In this document: positions 9,396 to 18,644 of the stretch, piece after piece | Layout: every line of letters starts with the position of its first letter | Position numbering within the stretch: position 1 is the first letter of the stretch | Origin: Candidatus Omnitrophota bacterium | GTDB taxonomy: Bacteria; Omnitrophota; Gorgyraeia; Zapsychrales; JANLHA01 | Assembly (NCBI GenBank): GCA_963662715.1 | Contig: OY759724.1 | Location: 630,001 to 662,000, forward strand | Length of the DNA stretch: 32,000 nt | Direction: 5' to 3' | Notes under the pieces: generated by a model | Told to the model about the DNA's origin: nothing | Seen by the model: the letters and a program-made list of their open reading frames with translations, nothing else | Database searches by the model: none | Position numbers and translations under genes: made by a program

Positions 9396-10215
9396 GCTGA
9401 GTCTCCTGAGGGACAACACGGTAGGCGTCGGCCTTTTTAAGAAACATTTTTATCGGCAGCAGCCTGGCTAAAAACACTTTCGCGACATTCTGCCAGTCGG
9501 TCAAAACCCGGACTTTATTCTCTTTCAGCCCCTTCAATCCGATGAAGGCGACATCCTCCGGTTCATCGGCCTTGGACCATCTTTTCTGCAAGCCGTCCGT
9601 CGCCCGGAGTAAAAATTCGCTCTGCGTTCGGCCGGGATAAACGCCTGTCACATGCACGCCATACGGGGCCATTTCCTGATGCAGGGCATCGGTCAAACCA
9701 AGGATAAAATGCTTTGTCCCCGAGTAGAGAGCCGAGCCGGGAACCGTGTAAAAAGAAACCACGGACCCCACGTTAAGAACCCCACAACCCGGGCGGGTTT
9801 TCATCAGCGGCAGAAAACTCCGGCACAAATAGACGACCGCATCAATATTGACCTTAAGCATGGCTAGGGCTTTGTCTTCCGGGATCAAGGAAAAATCCCC
9901 CATATGCCCAAAAGCCGCATTGTTAATAAGGATATCCACCTGATAATGATTCTGAACACACTGACACAGTTCTTTAACTTTACCGATATCTTTCAGATCA
10001 AACAGGTATGCGTCCAGGATCGCCTTGCCTTCCTCTTTCAGTTCCGCCTTTAAAGACTCCAAAGCCTCTTCGTTCCGTCCGCAGACGATCACCCGGCTTT
10101 CCCAGCGCGCCAGAATCTTTGCCATTTCCCGTCCGATCCCGGCCGTCGCTCCGGTCATTAATACGGTTTTGCCTTGATACCATTGCTTCAAATCATCAGA
10201 AGGATTCTGATTCAT
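9385..10215 (-). CDS. Classical SDR-family oxidoreductase
   Basis: It has TGATAGIGREMA (TGxxxGIG), NNAA, and YSGTKHF (YxxxK). An AGGAGG SD sits 6 nt upstream of the ATG. Confidence 0.85.
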   Translation of the reverse strand: MNQNPSDDLKQWYQGKTVLMTGATAGIGREMAKILARWESRVIVCGRNEEALESLKAELKEEGKAILDAYLFDLKDIGKVKELCQCVQNHYQVDILINNAAFGHMGDFSLIPEDKALAMLKVNIDAVVYLCRSFLPLMKTRPGCGVLNVGSVVSFYTVPGSALYSGTKHFILGLTDALHQEMAPYGVHVTGVYPGRTQSEFLLRATDGLQKRWSKADEPEDVAFIGLKGLKENKVRVLTDWQNVAKVFLARLLPIKMFLKKADAYRVVPQETQRDT

Positions 10216-10260
10216 AATGGGCCTCCTTTAATCACTCGTCTTCCCGCCCCGGCCGCAGGC

Positions 10261-11871
10261 CTACCATTTCGTCCTGAAAACAACAGGCTGTCCCTGGTTC
10301 CGCTGGTCAGGGGTAAAAACATAACGCGGTGTCTGATTATCATAATAGTCCAGATAAAGCAATTCAATAAAACTGTACAGTTTATAAGGAGGGTCCTCCC
10401 GCCTTAAGCTGTACGGATAAAGGAAATTCCCCGGGAAATCCGGATGCACAAAGAAAGAAAAACCCGGCTCCTGCCCGTATTCTTCTATCAGGGACTCCAG
10501 GGCGATAATGAGCCTCCGGGCAGGTTCGTGCTGTTGCCGCAGATGCCGGTTCATCCGGTAAACCAGCGAACCGTTCACGGCCATTAACGCGACCAGCAGC
10601 CCCCCTGTCACCCAGCGGCCAATTTTGATAAAACGGATATTCCGCAATGCCTTAAAATCAATAAGCGCATAAAGCATAATACAAAAAAAAAGCCAAAACG
10701 TATACAGATAATAAAGCGTGCCTCCTAAGGCGAAATCCACGCCCCGGTTCTGCACTCTGTAGATGACAATGGCAAAGGTCCAGCTGATGATTAAGCTCAA
10801 GATTAAACCGGCCAGCATACCCCGTTTTTTAAGAAACCTTAAAGAGCAGGACCGGCAGAAAAAGAATGCGTAGGCGCCCGCCGCCGCCAGGCCCAGCAGG
10901 ACAGGGATATTCATAAAATCCAAGGGTTTGAAAAGCTGCTGCGGATTTTCAATGCCGGCCCGTCCGAGGGTATGCACAACAGAAAATACCCCGGGGAATA
11001 TTCCGGCATAAATCCACCACAGGATCGCTTTCAGCATAAAATATATTTTGTCGGCAAAACTGTTTCCGCTCCAGAACACATTATAATCAACCGCCTGCTG
11101 TCCCAGGGCCTGATGATTGATATAGCTGGCCAAAGCATAAAACGCCGGGGCCAGCAACACAGGAAACGCATGCCATAAACGCCGTTTATGCTTCAGGTTA
11201 CCGGCTAATAAAAACATAAAAAGACATACACTGTAAAAGCAGTTGATTTCATAAGTAAAACAGGCCAGTGTCATGCATAAAGTCATCAGCCCGATCCGCC
11301 AGAGAGCTTTCTTTTCCGAAGATGTATACCGGACCCATTGATATAGTGAAGCCAGGAGCAGCGAAAGAGACAGCATAACACTCGTGATATGATGCCAGGA
11401 AACCAGTTCATAATTCATAAACATCAGGGAAAAAAAGGCCGTGATCCAGAAGGCCCAGATGCCCGGGTGAATAAAAAACAATAAGCGGTAAAGACAGGCC
11501 GCAACAAGCAGGTGAAACAACAGGCCGGTCATCTGCCACCAGAAAAAATCATAGCCGAACCAAGCCTTTTCTGTCCCGAGAAGAAACATGGCTCCGGGCC
11601 TGAAAATGAGCCCGTCCCCCGGGGCGAAACTTCTCGACCGGGAGAAATCAAAGGACCTGATCGCCAAAGACATCCAGTCATTCTTTCCGGCCATATCCGC
11701 CAGATAAAACATATGGTCAGCCCTGGGGACATGATAAAAAGCCGGGGAATAAACCAGAAGATTACCGAGGATAATAAGGCTAAAAAGCAACACAGGGAAA
11801 GCCCCCGGAGGAATGAATTCCAGGGAAAAAGATTTCCTTTTGTCTAAAGCCCGTTGGGGTAAAAACGCCAT
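10261..11871 (-). CDS. Polytopic membrane protein, GT-C-like (PMT/ArnT/TMTC-type membrane domain) with a ~100-aa C-terminal soluble domain
   Basis: I count roughly 12 or more hydrophobic segments. The first loop and helix, ...APGDGLIFRPGAMFLLGTEKAWFGYDFFWWQMTGLLFHLLVAACLYRLL, resembles the RP...fG...H..n.llH pattern of PMT_2/DUF1736-type glycosyltransferases. This is a by-eye match only. Confidence 0.5.
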   Translation of the reverse strand: MAFLPQRALDKRKSFSLEFIPPGAFPVLLFSLIILGNLLVYSPAFYHVPRADHMFYLADMAGKNDWMSLAIRSFDFSRSRSFAPGDGLIFRPGAMFLLGTEKAWFGYDFFWWQMTGLLFHLLVAACLYRLLFFIHPGIWAFWITAFFSLMFMNYELVSWHHITSVMLSLSLLLASLYQWVRYTSSEKKALWRIGLMTLCMTLACFTYEINCFYSVCLFMFLLAGNLKHKRRLWHAFPVLLAPAFYALASYINHQALGQQAVDYNVFWSGNSFADKIYFMLKAILWWIYAGIFPGVFSVVHTLGRAGIENPQQLFKPLDFMNIPVLLGLAAAGAYAFFFCRSCSLRFLKKRGMLAGLILSLIISWTFAIVIYRVQNRGVDFALGGTLYYLYTFWLFFCIMLYALIDFKALRNIRFIKIGRWVTGGLLVALMAVNGSLVYRMNRHLRQQHEPARRLIIALESLIEEYGQEPGFSFFVHPDFPGNFLYPYSLRREDPPYKLYSFIELLYLDYYDNQTPRYVFTPDQRNQGQPVVFRTKW

Positions 11872-11902
11872 GAATTGAGCGCACCTTTCTTACATCAACA
11901 TC

Positions 11903-12883
11903 TCAGGAAGGGTTTTCTTGCCTGCGATAAGTCATGAGGAAAATCATAATATCCTGGTTTAAATGTAACCGCAGTTCTTCATCATAATACTTTTTAGGCT
12001 CCAGTCCGCCGGAGCGCATCGCCCCGGCCTGGGCATGGTCCTGCAGATAACGTGCCGTGTCGCCGAGTTCCTTCCAGCAGAGCCCCCGGTAATAATACGT
12101 ATTAATGTCGTCTGATTCAACGGCTAAAATCCTGTTAAAACAATCCACGGCCTGCTGAAAATCCCTGTTCAAAAAATGAGCCACCCCGCAGTAATACAGC
12201 AGGCCTGTACTGCGGGGGTAATTCTCCAGCCCGACCATGGCAACTCTCCGCACAACAGCATACTGTTCAAGCTGATAATAACTTTTGACCAAAGCGTAAA
12301 AAAGCCGTTCTTCGTCATACTGGGCCCGCGAAATAACTCTTTGCAGCAAATGATACGTTGTCCCGTCCCCGTTGGCCCGGAAAGTTTCCGCTGCCGTCAT
12401 GAACCTGGGGATCAGTTCATTCATGTACCCGATACTTCTGTTTAAAAACGTCACGGCTAACTGATACTGCTGAAGCTGATAATGGATCATGCCCAAGTCC
12501 CAGTATAAAGCGTAAACCGTCGGTTTTTGGGAAACGGCCCGGTTATACGCCAGAATGGCCTTATCGTATTCTTTAAGGTAATAATGGGCAAACCCCAGAG
12601 CTCCGTGGAATAACGTGTTGTCGGGAGAAATCTCAATCAACTGGGAATAATATGTGACGCCTGCGCGGAAAATCTCTTCGTCATACGGCGTCTGTTTAGC
12701 CTCAAATTTCATAAAATAAGGCTCGACGATATTCTTTTCATAATTAATGCAATTGATAAGCACCTGTTCCTTGTTTATAAAAAGGGCTGCAACAAGAAGG
12801 ACAAGACAATACGGAACGATCATGGGGACACGGGCAAACGTGTCAGATTTGAGGGCTTTTGAGATGATAAGGTTTTTTACCAT
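11903..12883 (-). CDS. Membrane-anchored tetratricopeptide-repeat (TPR) protein
   Basis: There is one N-terminal hydrophobic helix (VPMIVPYCLVLLVAALFI). It is followed by repeated ~34-aa A-x-Y/F-x-x-A units, for example ALGFAHYYLKEYDKAILAYNRAV, DLGMIHYQLQQYQLAVTFLNRSI and YYCGVAHFLNRDFQQAVDCFNRIL. Confidence 0.8.
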   Translation of the reverse strand: MVKNLIISKALKSDTFARVPMIVPYCLVLLVAALFINKEQVLINCINYEKNIVEPYFMKFEAKQTPYDEEIFRAGVTYYSQLIEISPDNTLFHGALGFAHYYLKEYDKAILAYNRAVSQKPTVYALYWDLGMIHYQLQQYQLAVTFLNRSIGYMNELIPRFMTAAETFRANGDGTTYHLLQRVISRAQYDEERLFYALVKSYYQLEQYAVVRRVAMVGLENYPRSTGLLYYCGVAHFLNRDFQQAVDCFNRILAVESDDINTYYYRGLCWKELGDTARYLQDHAQAGAMRSGGLEPKKYYDEELRLHLNQDIMIFLMTYRRQENPS

Positions 12884-13010
12884 ACATTTACCCGTTAGCG
12901 GGGGTTGAGTTGATTATCGATAAACCGTTAAATAATAATTCCTACCCCCTTCCCGACAACGTTATCCTGGGAAGGCGGTCTTGCGTTCAGCTGAAAGATT
13001 AAGTCTGCCT

Positions 13011-14084
13011 TCAAATAAAATTAATATGATGCTCGTCTAAGTCCAGGAAATCATTGATCAGAATGTTCCGCTGGTCAAAAACACAATGATGGCGGCACTC
13101 TTGTCTCGCATCAAACTCCTGAAATTTTTCACGAACATCATCCGAGAACCAGATATCTTTAAACCTCATTTTCTGCAGGTCTCCGAGCTCGCCGCTGGGG
13201 ACGTAGGCCTTATCGTGGCATAAATAGACTTTGGCATCTGCCCCTATTACCGTGACGATCTGCTGAATGGGGCAGCGTTTATAGGACCGCTGAAAAACGG
13301 TATTCAATTCAAAATCAAACTCATATTTATTAATAACTTTAAAGGAAGCGTCCTCCAAGTCCTGTTTCGCCCGCTGGATATCCCGGATCACCGATGCTTT
13401 AAACGGGGCGTGCAAGGCCTCCAGGTTCCTGTCCACCATGGCGGTCAATTTAATATGGTTCGCGCCCAAATTCTTGACAAACTGCGCCATAGGATAAACT
13501 TCAGAGATATTGTCCGGGGTGATGACAAAGTTAACGCCGAGCTCACAATCCTCCGATTTGCTGCGGGAAAAATTTTTAATATTATCACAAATCTCGAAGA
13601 ACCAGGCTTCCGGGACGCCCCGGATACGGGCATACTGCTTAGCATGACAGCTGTCCATGGATATCCGCACCCATTTTGCCCGGCTTAGCACCTCCGCATT
13701 TTTATCTTTTAATAACTGCCCGTTAGTGATCATAGACAAATCAACACCCGCTTCCAAAAGACGCCGCATGATCTCATCGATATGCTTGTACAGTAAAGGC
13801 TCCCCACCGCCGCTGAAGGTCACGGCTTTGACACCCATGGCGATAATATCGTCCGCCAGATCATTCATAACCGGACAGGACAGCTGGTCCTGAAAATTAA
13901 AACGCGTACGCAGCCCCAATTTTTTGTTGTGATAATTGCAGTAGTAGCAGTGGTGATTACAAATATTGGTGGGTTTGATGCGAATATAAACCGGCGGGGT
14001 CACTTCATTCTTACGAATAGATTCTAGTTTATCTGAATGACGAAAAATTTTCAAATAACTGTACGGATTCTGTTTTTCTGACAT
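13011..14084 (-). CDS. Radical SAM enzyme
   Basis: It has the KPTNICNHHCYYCN cluster near the N terminus and FSGGGEPLL. The C-terminal Cys residues (CPIQQ...YLC, ECRHHC) do not fit the strict SPASM spacing. Confidence 0.75.
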   Translation of the reverse strand: MSEKQNPYSYLKIFRHSDKLESIRKNEVTPPVYIRIKPTNICNHHCYYCNYHNKKLGLRTRFNFQDQLSCPVMNDLADDIIAMGVKAVTFSGGGEPLLYKHIDEIMRRLLEAGVDLSMITNGQLLKDKNAEVLSRAKWVRISMDSCHAKQYARIRGVPEAWFFEICDNIKNFSRSKSEDCELGVNFVITPDNISEVYPMAQFVKNLGANHIKLTAMVDRNLEALHAPFKASVIRDIQRAKQDLEDASFKVINKYEFDFELNTVFQRSYKRCPIQQIVTVIGADAKVYLCHDKAYVPSGELGDLQKMRFKDIWFSDDVREKFQEFDARQECRHHCVFDQRNILINDFLDLDEHHINFI

Positions 14085-14103
14085 AACAAATACGCCCTTC
14101 TTT

Positions 14104-16227
14104 TCATTTTCTCTTCAGCGCCAGCAAATATTTTCCTTTCGTGACCGGAGTGTAATGCTGACGCAGGTACTGCACAATCTGGAATAAATCCTGGTAATGA
14201 GCATAATATACAGACGGGATCTCTGCCGCAAACAATTTTTTCTCAATAAAAACAAGGCCGGGTTTTTCCGTATCCAGCTGGCGGATTGTCTTGTCCAGCC
14301 GTTCCTGAGTAATGAGGTCCGTCCCACCAAAATCCAGGCCGTCCATCGTGCGCGGGGTCACAAAGCGGAAATAATAAAAAAACGGCCGGCGGTCTGCCGC
14401 AACTAAAGTCGCTGTGTCCCAGGAGCTGATCAAACACACTTTCTCCCGGGGATCTGTCATGCTCCGTATCATCGCAATGTCTTCCGGAGATATATAATGC
14501 TGCGCACGGTATTCAGCAAACTTCTGCAATCTCTCCTGATAGGAAGTCCCGGAAAGGTTCACCACGCGGGGATACCGGATAAAACTGGCATCCGTCATCA
14601 TCAGCATGCCCCAGACAAACAGCATCCCGCATAAAAGAACCTTCTGCCTGCCCGGGTCCATCCTTTTAAGACAAAGATGAAGCCAGTAACACAATATCAG
14701 AACAAAAGGGATAGAGACAGCATAAAAACTTGTCGGCCCGGAGCGGCAGATAAAATAATGGTAAAGGCCCAGGCCGTAAATGCTCCATATCACGGCATAA
14801 ATATTCCTGGGATTTATCTGGCGGAGGGCAACGAGGGTGGTCACAAGAACCGTCGAAATAACATAGGTTAAAGGGATGATCAAGCTGAGGAAAAAATTAA
14901 AAAACTGTTTATCCTGCAGTCCCGTATAGATAGGCAGCGGACCGAATCCGTGAAGAAACAGCGTCATCATTTCTCCGGTATTCGTCCAGAAATCCGGCTG
15001 GAACAGGGCCCGCCCCACAAGAAGCATCATGCCGCATCCGTAACACAGCAACGGGACAAAAAATAAACAAAGGGCTACAAATAAATCCTTCCGGGAAGGA
15101 TAAAGCATGTCCCGGCAGCCGGGGATAAGCATGGATAACAGCATGTAGACATACAAAGCCATTAAAAGATAAAGCCCGGTATCCGTTAAATAGCATAACG
15201 CAAGCCCCACACAAAAACCCGCGGCCCATTGATACCGCCGTTTTCCTGTCTGAAGATGCTTAAGAAGAAAGGTGAAAAATACCACATCCCAAAAATAACG
15301 GATCAGGGTCGCGCTGGGCGTCTGCCAGATAAAATGTTCCGGGCCGTGCGAGAACATATGCATCTTGATCATGATCAAAACACCCAGTAAAGCCAACAAA
15401 AGGTTCTTTAACCAGGAGTTTATAAGCAGATACATCAAAATAAAATAAAGAATAGCAAGGCACATGAATTCCAATAATACCGTTTCATAACTCAACCCTC
15501 CTAATAACGGACTGAGCCGGGCCAGCAAGGTCGGCATACCCACCCCGTAAGCGCTGATCGTATCGACATTCAAAACATGCCCTTTGAAAGACGCCCACGC
15601 CGGAGACAAGGCAAAGGCGTCAATGTGAATATAATTATCCGTGAAACATGTCAGGGCGATGTCAGGCGGAACGTATATCACAAGGACAATGCCTAAAAAA
15701 ACAAGCCCGTAACATAACCGGCGGGCGGACAGAGACAGTGTTTTACAGCAAAATTTTTTGTAAAGCCGGGATAATCCCCGTTCAATCAACAGCCAGAAGA
15801 TTTTCAAAATCACGGCCAAACATAAAGCGGCAAGGAACAACAGGCGCAGGTATGGCGTAGGACCGGACAACGCCATCTTGAAAGACACCAGCAAAAGGGT
15901 GAAAACCGCAAAGGTCTCCGCAAAAACGTAACACTGTAAACGCCGGGATAAGACCGGATCAGCCAGACGTTTCCGGAAAACCCATGCGGACAGAGCCTGA
16001 AGAAGAATCGCACTGAAAACAAAAATACGGTAAAGGTGTATCTCCTGCTCCGGGCGAAAAAGGTTCTTATAGGCGTTCAGGACGGTAAAAGGCACTTCCT
16101 GCTCCTGGGGAAAATACGACATAAACCACGCGGCAACGGCTAAAACCTGGACCGAAAGCAGAACGGACAAGCCCGTCAGCCAAAAGACGTTTAAAATAAC
16201 CGGGGGCATGTTTTTTATAGCCTTCAT
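14104..16227 (-). CDS. Large polytopic membrane protein of unknown family (about 14 or more TM segments) with a ~150-aa C-terminal soluble domain
   Basis: The hydrophobicity pattern runs throughout the protein, and I recognise no catalytic motif. The track ORF begins at a GTG (16254). I prefer the ATG at 16225-16227 (MKAIKNMPPV) because GAGGAG lies 10 nt upstream. Confidence 0.6.
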   Translation of the reverse strand: MKAIKNMPPVILNVFWLTGLSVLLSVQVLAVAAWFMSYFPQEQEVPFTVLNAYKNLFRPEQEIHLYRIFVFSAILLQALSAWVFRKRLADPVLSRRLQCYVFAETFAVFTLLLVSFKMALSGPTPYLRLLFLAALCLAVILKIFWLLIERGLSRLYKKFCCKTLSLSARRLCYGLVFLGIVLVIYVPPDIALTCFTDNYIHIDAFALSPAWASFKGHVLNVDTISAYGVGMPTLLARLSPLLGGLSYETVLLEFMCLAILYFILMYLLINSWLKNLLLALLGVLIMIKMHMFSHGPEHFIWQTPSATLIRYFWDVVFFTFLLKHLQTGKRRYQWAAGFCVGLALCYLTDTGLYLLMALYVYMLLSMLIPGCRDMLYPSRKDLFVALCLFFVPLLCYGCGMMLLVGRALFQPDFWTNTGEMMTLFLHGFGPLPIYTGLQDKQFFNFFLSLIIPLTYVISTVLVTTLVALRQINPRNIYAVIWSIYGLGLYHYFICRSGPTSFYAVSIPFVLILCYWLHLCLKRMDPGRQKVLLCGMLFVWGMLMMTDASFIRYPRVVNLSGTSYQERLQKFAEYRAQHYISPEDIAMIRSMTDPREKVCLISSWDTATLVAADRRPFFYYFRFVTPRTMDGLDFGGTDLITQERLDKTIRQLDTEKPGLVFIEKKLFAAEIPSVYYAHYQDLFQIVQYLRQHYTPVTKGKYLLALKRK

Positions 16228-16366
16228 ATCAAAGTTTCTCCTCAAGCTGAACACCTGATTCGCATTTCATGAATAATGACTCCCTTAGTCTGGGCAGCAA
16301 ACCTTACCCGTTTGCGCACTAATTGTTCCTGAAGGGCTGCGCATAATCTTCCTCATACTTAAAAGG

Positions 16367-18640
16367 TCATTTTCCCGGATCAGGGATTCTCTGTTTATAG
16401 TCCCTAAACAAAAACCACAAAAAGACGCCTCCCAATCCCGTACAAACGCTTAAAACAATAAAAAAGCCGGCCTGCCCCAGAGGCGGAGAAAATTGAAAAC
16501 GGACCACGTTCTCCCCGGCCGGCAGCCACACGCCTTTAAAAGCATAATTGCTGCGGTAAAGCCGGACGCGCTCTTGATTAATATAGGCCCGCCACCAGGG
16601 ATGAAAACTGTCGTTATAAACAAGGAACTTTTCCCCCGGGAACTTCGTTCTGATTACGATCTGGTCCGAATCAAAAACAAGGACGTCAAACCCCTCCTGA
16701 CCGGCATGAATCATCTGCGCCCGCGGTTCCGCGGTGTTCAGGGGAACAGAACCCGGGCGGGTTTCTCCGGACTCCGGATTTATGACCGTGGCGGTATTCT
16801 GTAACAACGTTAACCGTTCAGCCAACCGCTGAAAGTCAACATCCGGCTCACTCACCTCTTCAACGGAGTCGTAAACAATAAACTTGTTCCTGATATAGGG
16901 GCGGAGGCGCTCCCCCATTTTCCTGTACAAAACCCTGGTCCAGAGGGTGGGGTACCCGTAAACGGATGAGAAATAACCGGGGGAATCTTTCTGTTCAATC
17001 AGATAACGGTAAAACTGCTGGTAGATTTCGTGTTCGTTCAGGACCTGATAGTTCTCTTTTCTAAAGGCCGGTCTTTGGTAGGAAAAGACCGGTCTGGCCC
17101 TGTTCACCCGGCTGCTCTCCTGAACGATATCCGACTGCACAAGACTTGCTCTTTTCATATAACGGGAAAAAACTCCTGATGCCTGCAGTATGATCAAAAA
17201 ACTCCCCAGAACACAAAGAACCGTTTTGCGTTGTCTAAAGGCTCCCATCCCGTAAAGGACAAATAAAACCAGGCTCCCGAGGACTGTTAACCCCTCTGCG
17301 CCGAAAAGCGCACCTTTGATCCAGAGAAACGCAAAATAAAGCATATGGATACTCAGAACCCATAGAGATATTCCCCGCTTTCTGCGCAAAGCCCCTTCAT
17401 ACGATGAAAAGAGGTCCTTCAACTGAAGTAACGCCCACAAGATATATACGGAAATCAGAAACGGCAAGAAGTAAAAAATGTTACGGAACAGCTTGAAAAA
17501 AAACACATACCTGAAAAAGAAGGCATACAGCGGGAAGGTGTTCGCAATGCTGAAAAAGAATATAAAAAGCGTATAGCCAAGAAATAATAATGTCCTCTTT
17601 TTTATTCTTTGAAAAAACGAGACAAACAAAAAGATATGCGCCAGGGCAGCGAGGAAGAAAATACGCTGATTATAATAATCAAAATTATCAAAAGCCGAGA
17701 AGTCCCGGATGGAGGACAGGACCTCCGGGGTCGAGACATAAAAAAAGAGGCTGAACACAGAAAAATCCCTGAGGAATTCCATGACCGGGATACCCGAATC
17801 CTTGACATCGGTAAACGTAAGAGAGGTGTCCCTGACCTGGGCCGTGACCCCGTTCTGAAAAAAAAGGTAGGTCGTCACCGGTATCCACAGGGACAGCAAA
17901 AAGACACAAAGGCAGGCAAAAACAAAAATCTTGTTCCTCTGAAAAAACCGGCACATCCCTTTCCAGAGAGGCGGCATTTCACGGGCATAAAGCATCATCC
18001 CGCCGGCCACAAATATCAGGAAGACAGCCAGAAAATAAAAAGGGATATAGGTTGTCACAATGATGATAAGCGTAAATATCCATCCCAGGAAAGATGACCT
18101 TTTCCATGTTTGCAGCCAGTGCACAAGGAAAAAACAGGACCAGACAGCGGGGACGAAAATCAGGATAAACGTCAACTGAACAAACAGCGTCATGCCCAGG
18201 GAAGAGAACATTAATAATAAAAAAGCCCAGTAAGCCAGGCAGGAATCCCGGAGGATCAGTCTTGCCAGAAGGTAAAAACCGATTAATCCGGCAAACAAAT
18301 AAAGACTGATGGTCCAGAGAAAAGCGTGATAATAATCGCAGCCTAAACCGTTTAACAGGGGGATCAGAAACCAGAACGGATTGCATTCCCCGATCTGATG
18401 AACGTGCCCCATGCCCCAGAGCGAATAAGGGTTCCAGGAAGCAAAGACGCCGTTTAACAGATTATCAAGATAATACTTCACGACCGCATAAATCCCGAAA
18501 GTGTCTTCTACGATCACCGCCTTCTTTTGAAAAACATCCCGAAGGAGGACGGCCCAAAGGAAGAAAGGAAAAACAAATTTAAAAATGTGAGCAAAAATGG
18601 AAGGCTTGAATGTTAGGGGATCTTTCAGACTCGTTTTCAT
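16367..18640 (-). CDS. YfhO-like polytopic membrane glycosyltransferase (GT-C type)
   Basis: It is 757 aa and highly hydrophobic. The C-terminal soluble part FLVYNDSFHPWWRAYINQERVRLYRSNYAFKGVWLPAGENVVRFQFSPP closely matches the characteristic YfhO-family C-terminal pattern (GW.A.vdG....y..n.af.gv.lp.G.h.v.f.y.P). Confidence 0.6.
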   Translation of the reverse strand: MKTSLKDPLTFKPSIFAHIFKFVFPFFLWAVLLRDVFQKKAVIVEDTFGIYAVVKYYLDNLLNGVFASWNPYSLWGMGHVHQIGECNPFWFLIPLLNGLGCDYYHAFLWTISLYLFAGLIGFYLLARLILRDSCLAYWAFLLLMFSSLGMTLFVQLTFILIFVPAVWSCFFLVHWLQTWKRSSFLGWIFTLIIIVTTYIPFYFLAVFLIFVAGGMMLYAREMPPLWKGMCRFFQRNKIFVFACLCVFLLSLWIPVTTYLFFQNGVTAQVRDTSLTFTDVKDSGIPVMEFLRDFSVFSLFFYVSTPEVLSSIRDFSAFDNFDYYNQRIFFLAALAHIFLFVSFFQRIKKRTLLFLGYTLFIFFFSIANTFPLYAFFFRYVFFFKLFRNIFYFLPFLISVYILWALLQLKDLFSSYEGALRRKRGISLWVLSIHMLYFAFLWIKGALFGAEGLTVLGSLVLFVLYGMGAFRQRKTVLCVLGSFLIILQASGVFSRYMKRASLVQSDIVQESSRVNRARPVFSYQRPAFRKENYQVLNEHEIYQQFYRYLIEQKDSPGYFSSVYGYPTLWTRVLYRKMGERLRPYIRNKFIVYDSVEEVSEPDVDFQRLAERLTLLQNTATVINPESGETRPGSVPLNTAEPRAQMIHAGQEGFDVLVFDSDQIVIRTKFPGEKFLVYNDSFHPWWRAYINQERVRLYRSNYAFKGVWLPAGENVVRFQFSPPLGQAGFFIVLSVCTGLGGVFLWFLFRDYKQRIPDPGK

Positions 18641-18644
18641 AAAT

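Noticed and set aside
2139-9419. Reading the whole rSAM block as a RiPP (proteusin or sactipeptide-like) cluster.
   Set aside because: - There is no convincing precursor. The only candidate is the weak Cys-free ORF at 4705-4806.
- There is no leader-peptidase, RiPP recognition element protein or transporter.
- The surrounding genes (GT2, GT9, GT-C, sugar epimerase, ThDP enzymes) fit carbohydrate chemistry better.
- It is kept only as an alternative under the relevant findings.
12884-13010. A perfect 7-bp inverted repeat, CCTTCCC (12948-12954) with GGGAAGG (12969-12975), in the gap between the rSAM gene at 13011 and the TPR gene.
   Set aside because: The loop is 14 nt, and T-rich sequence begins only about 9 nt after the stem on the minus strand. 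It is too weak to call a terminator or an operator.
16228-16366. Tiny ORFs of 11-13 aa (MRKIMRSPSGTI and MKCESGVQLEEKL) in the gap upstream of the 707-aa membrane protein gene.
   Set aside because: They have no SD, are too short to evaluate, and have no supporting features.
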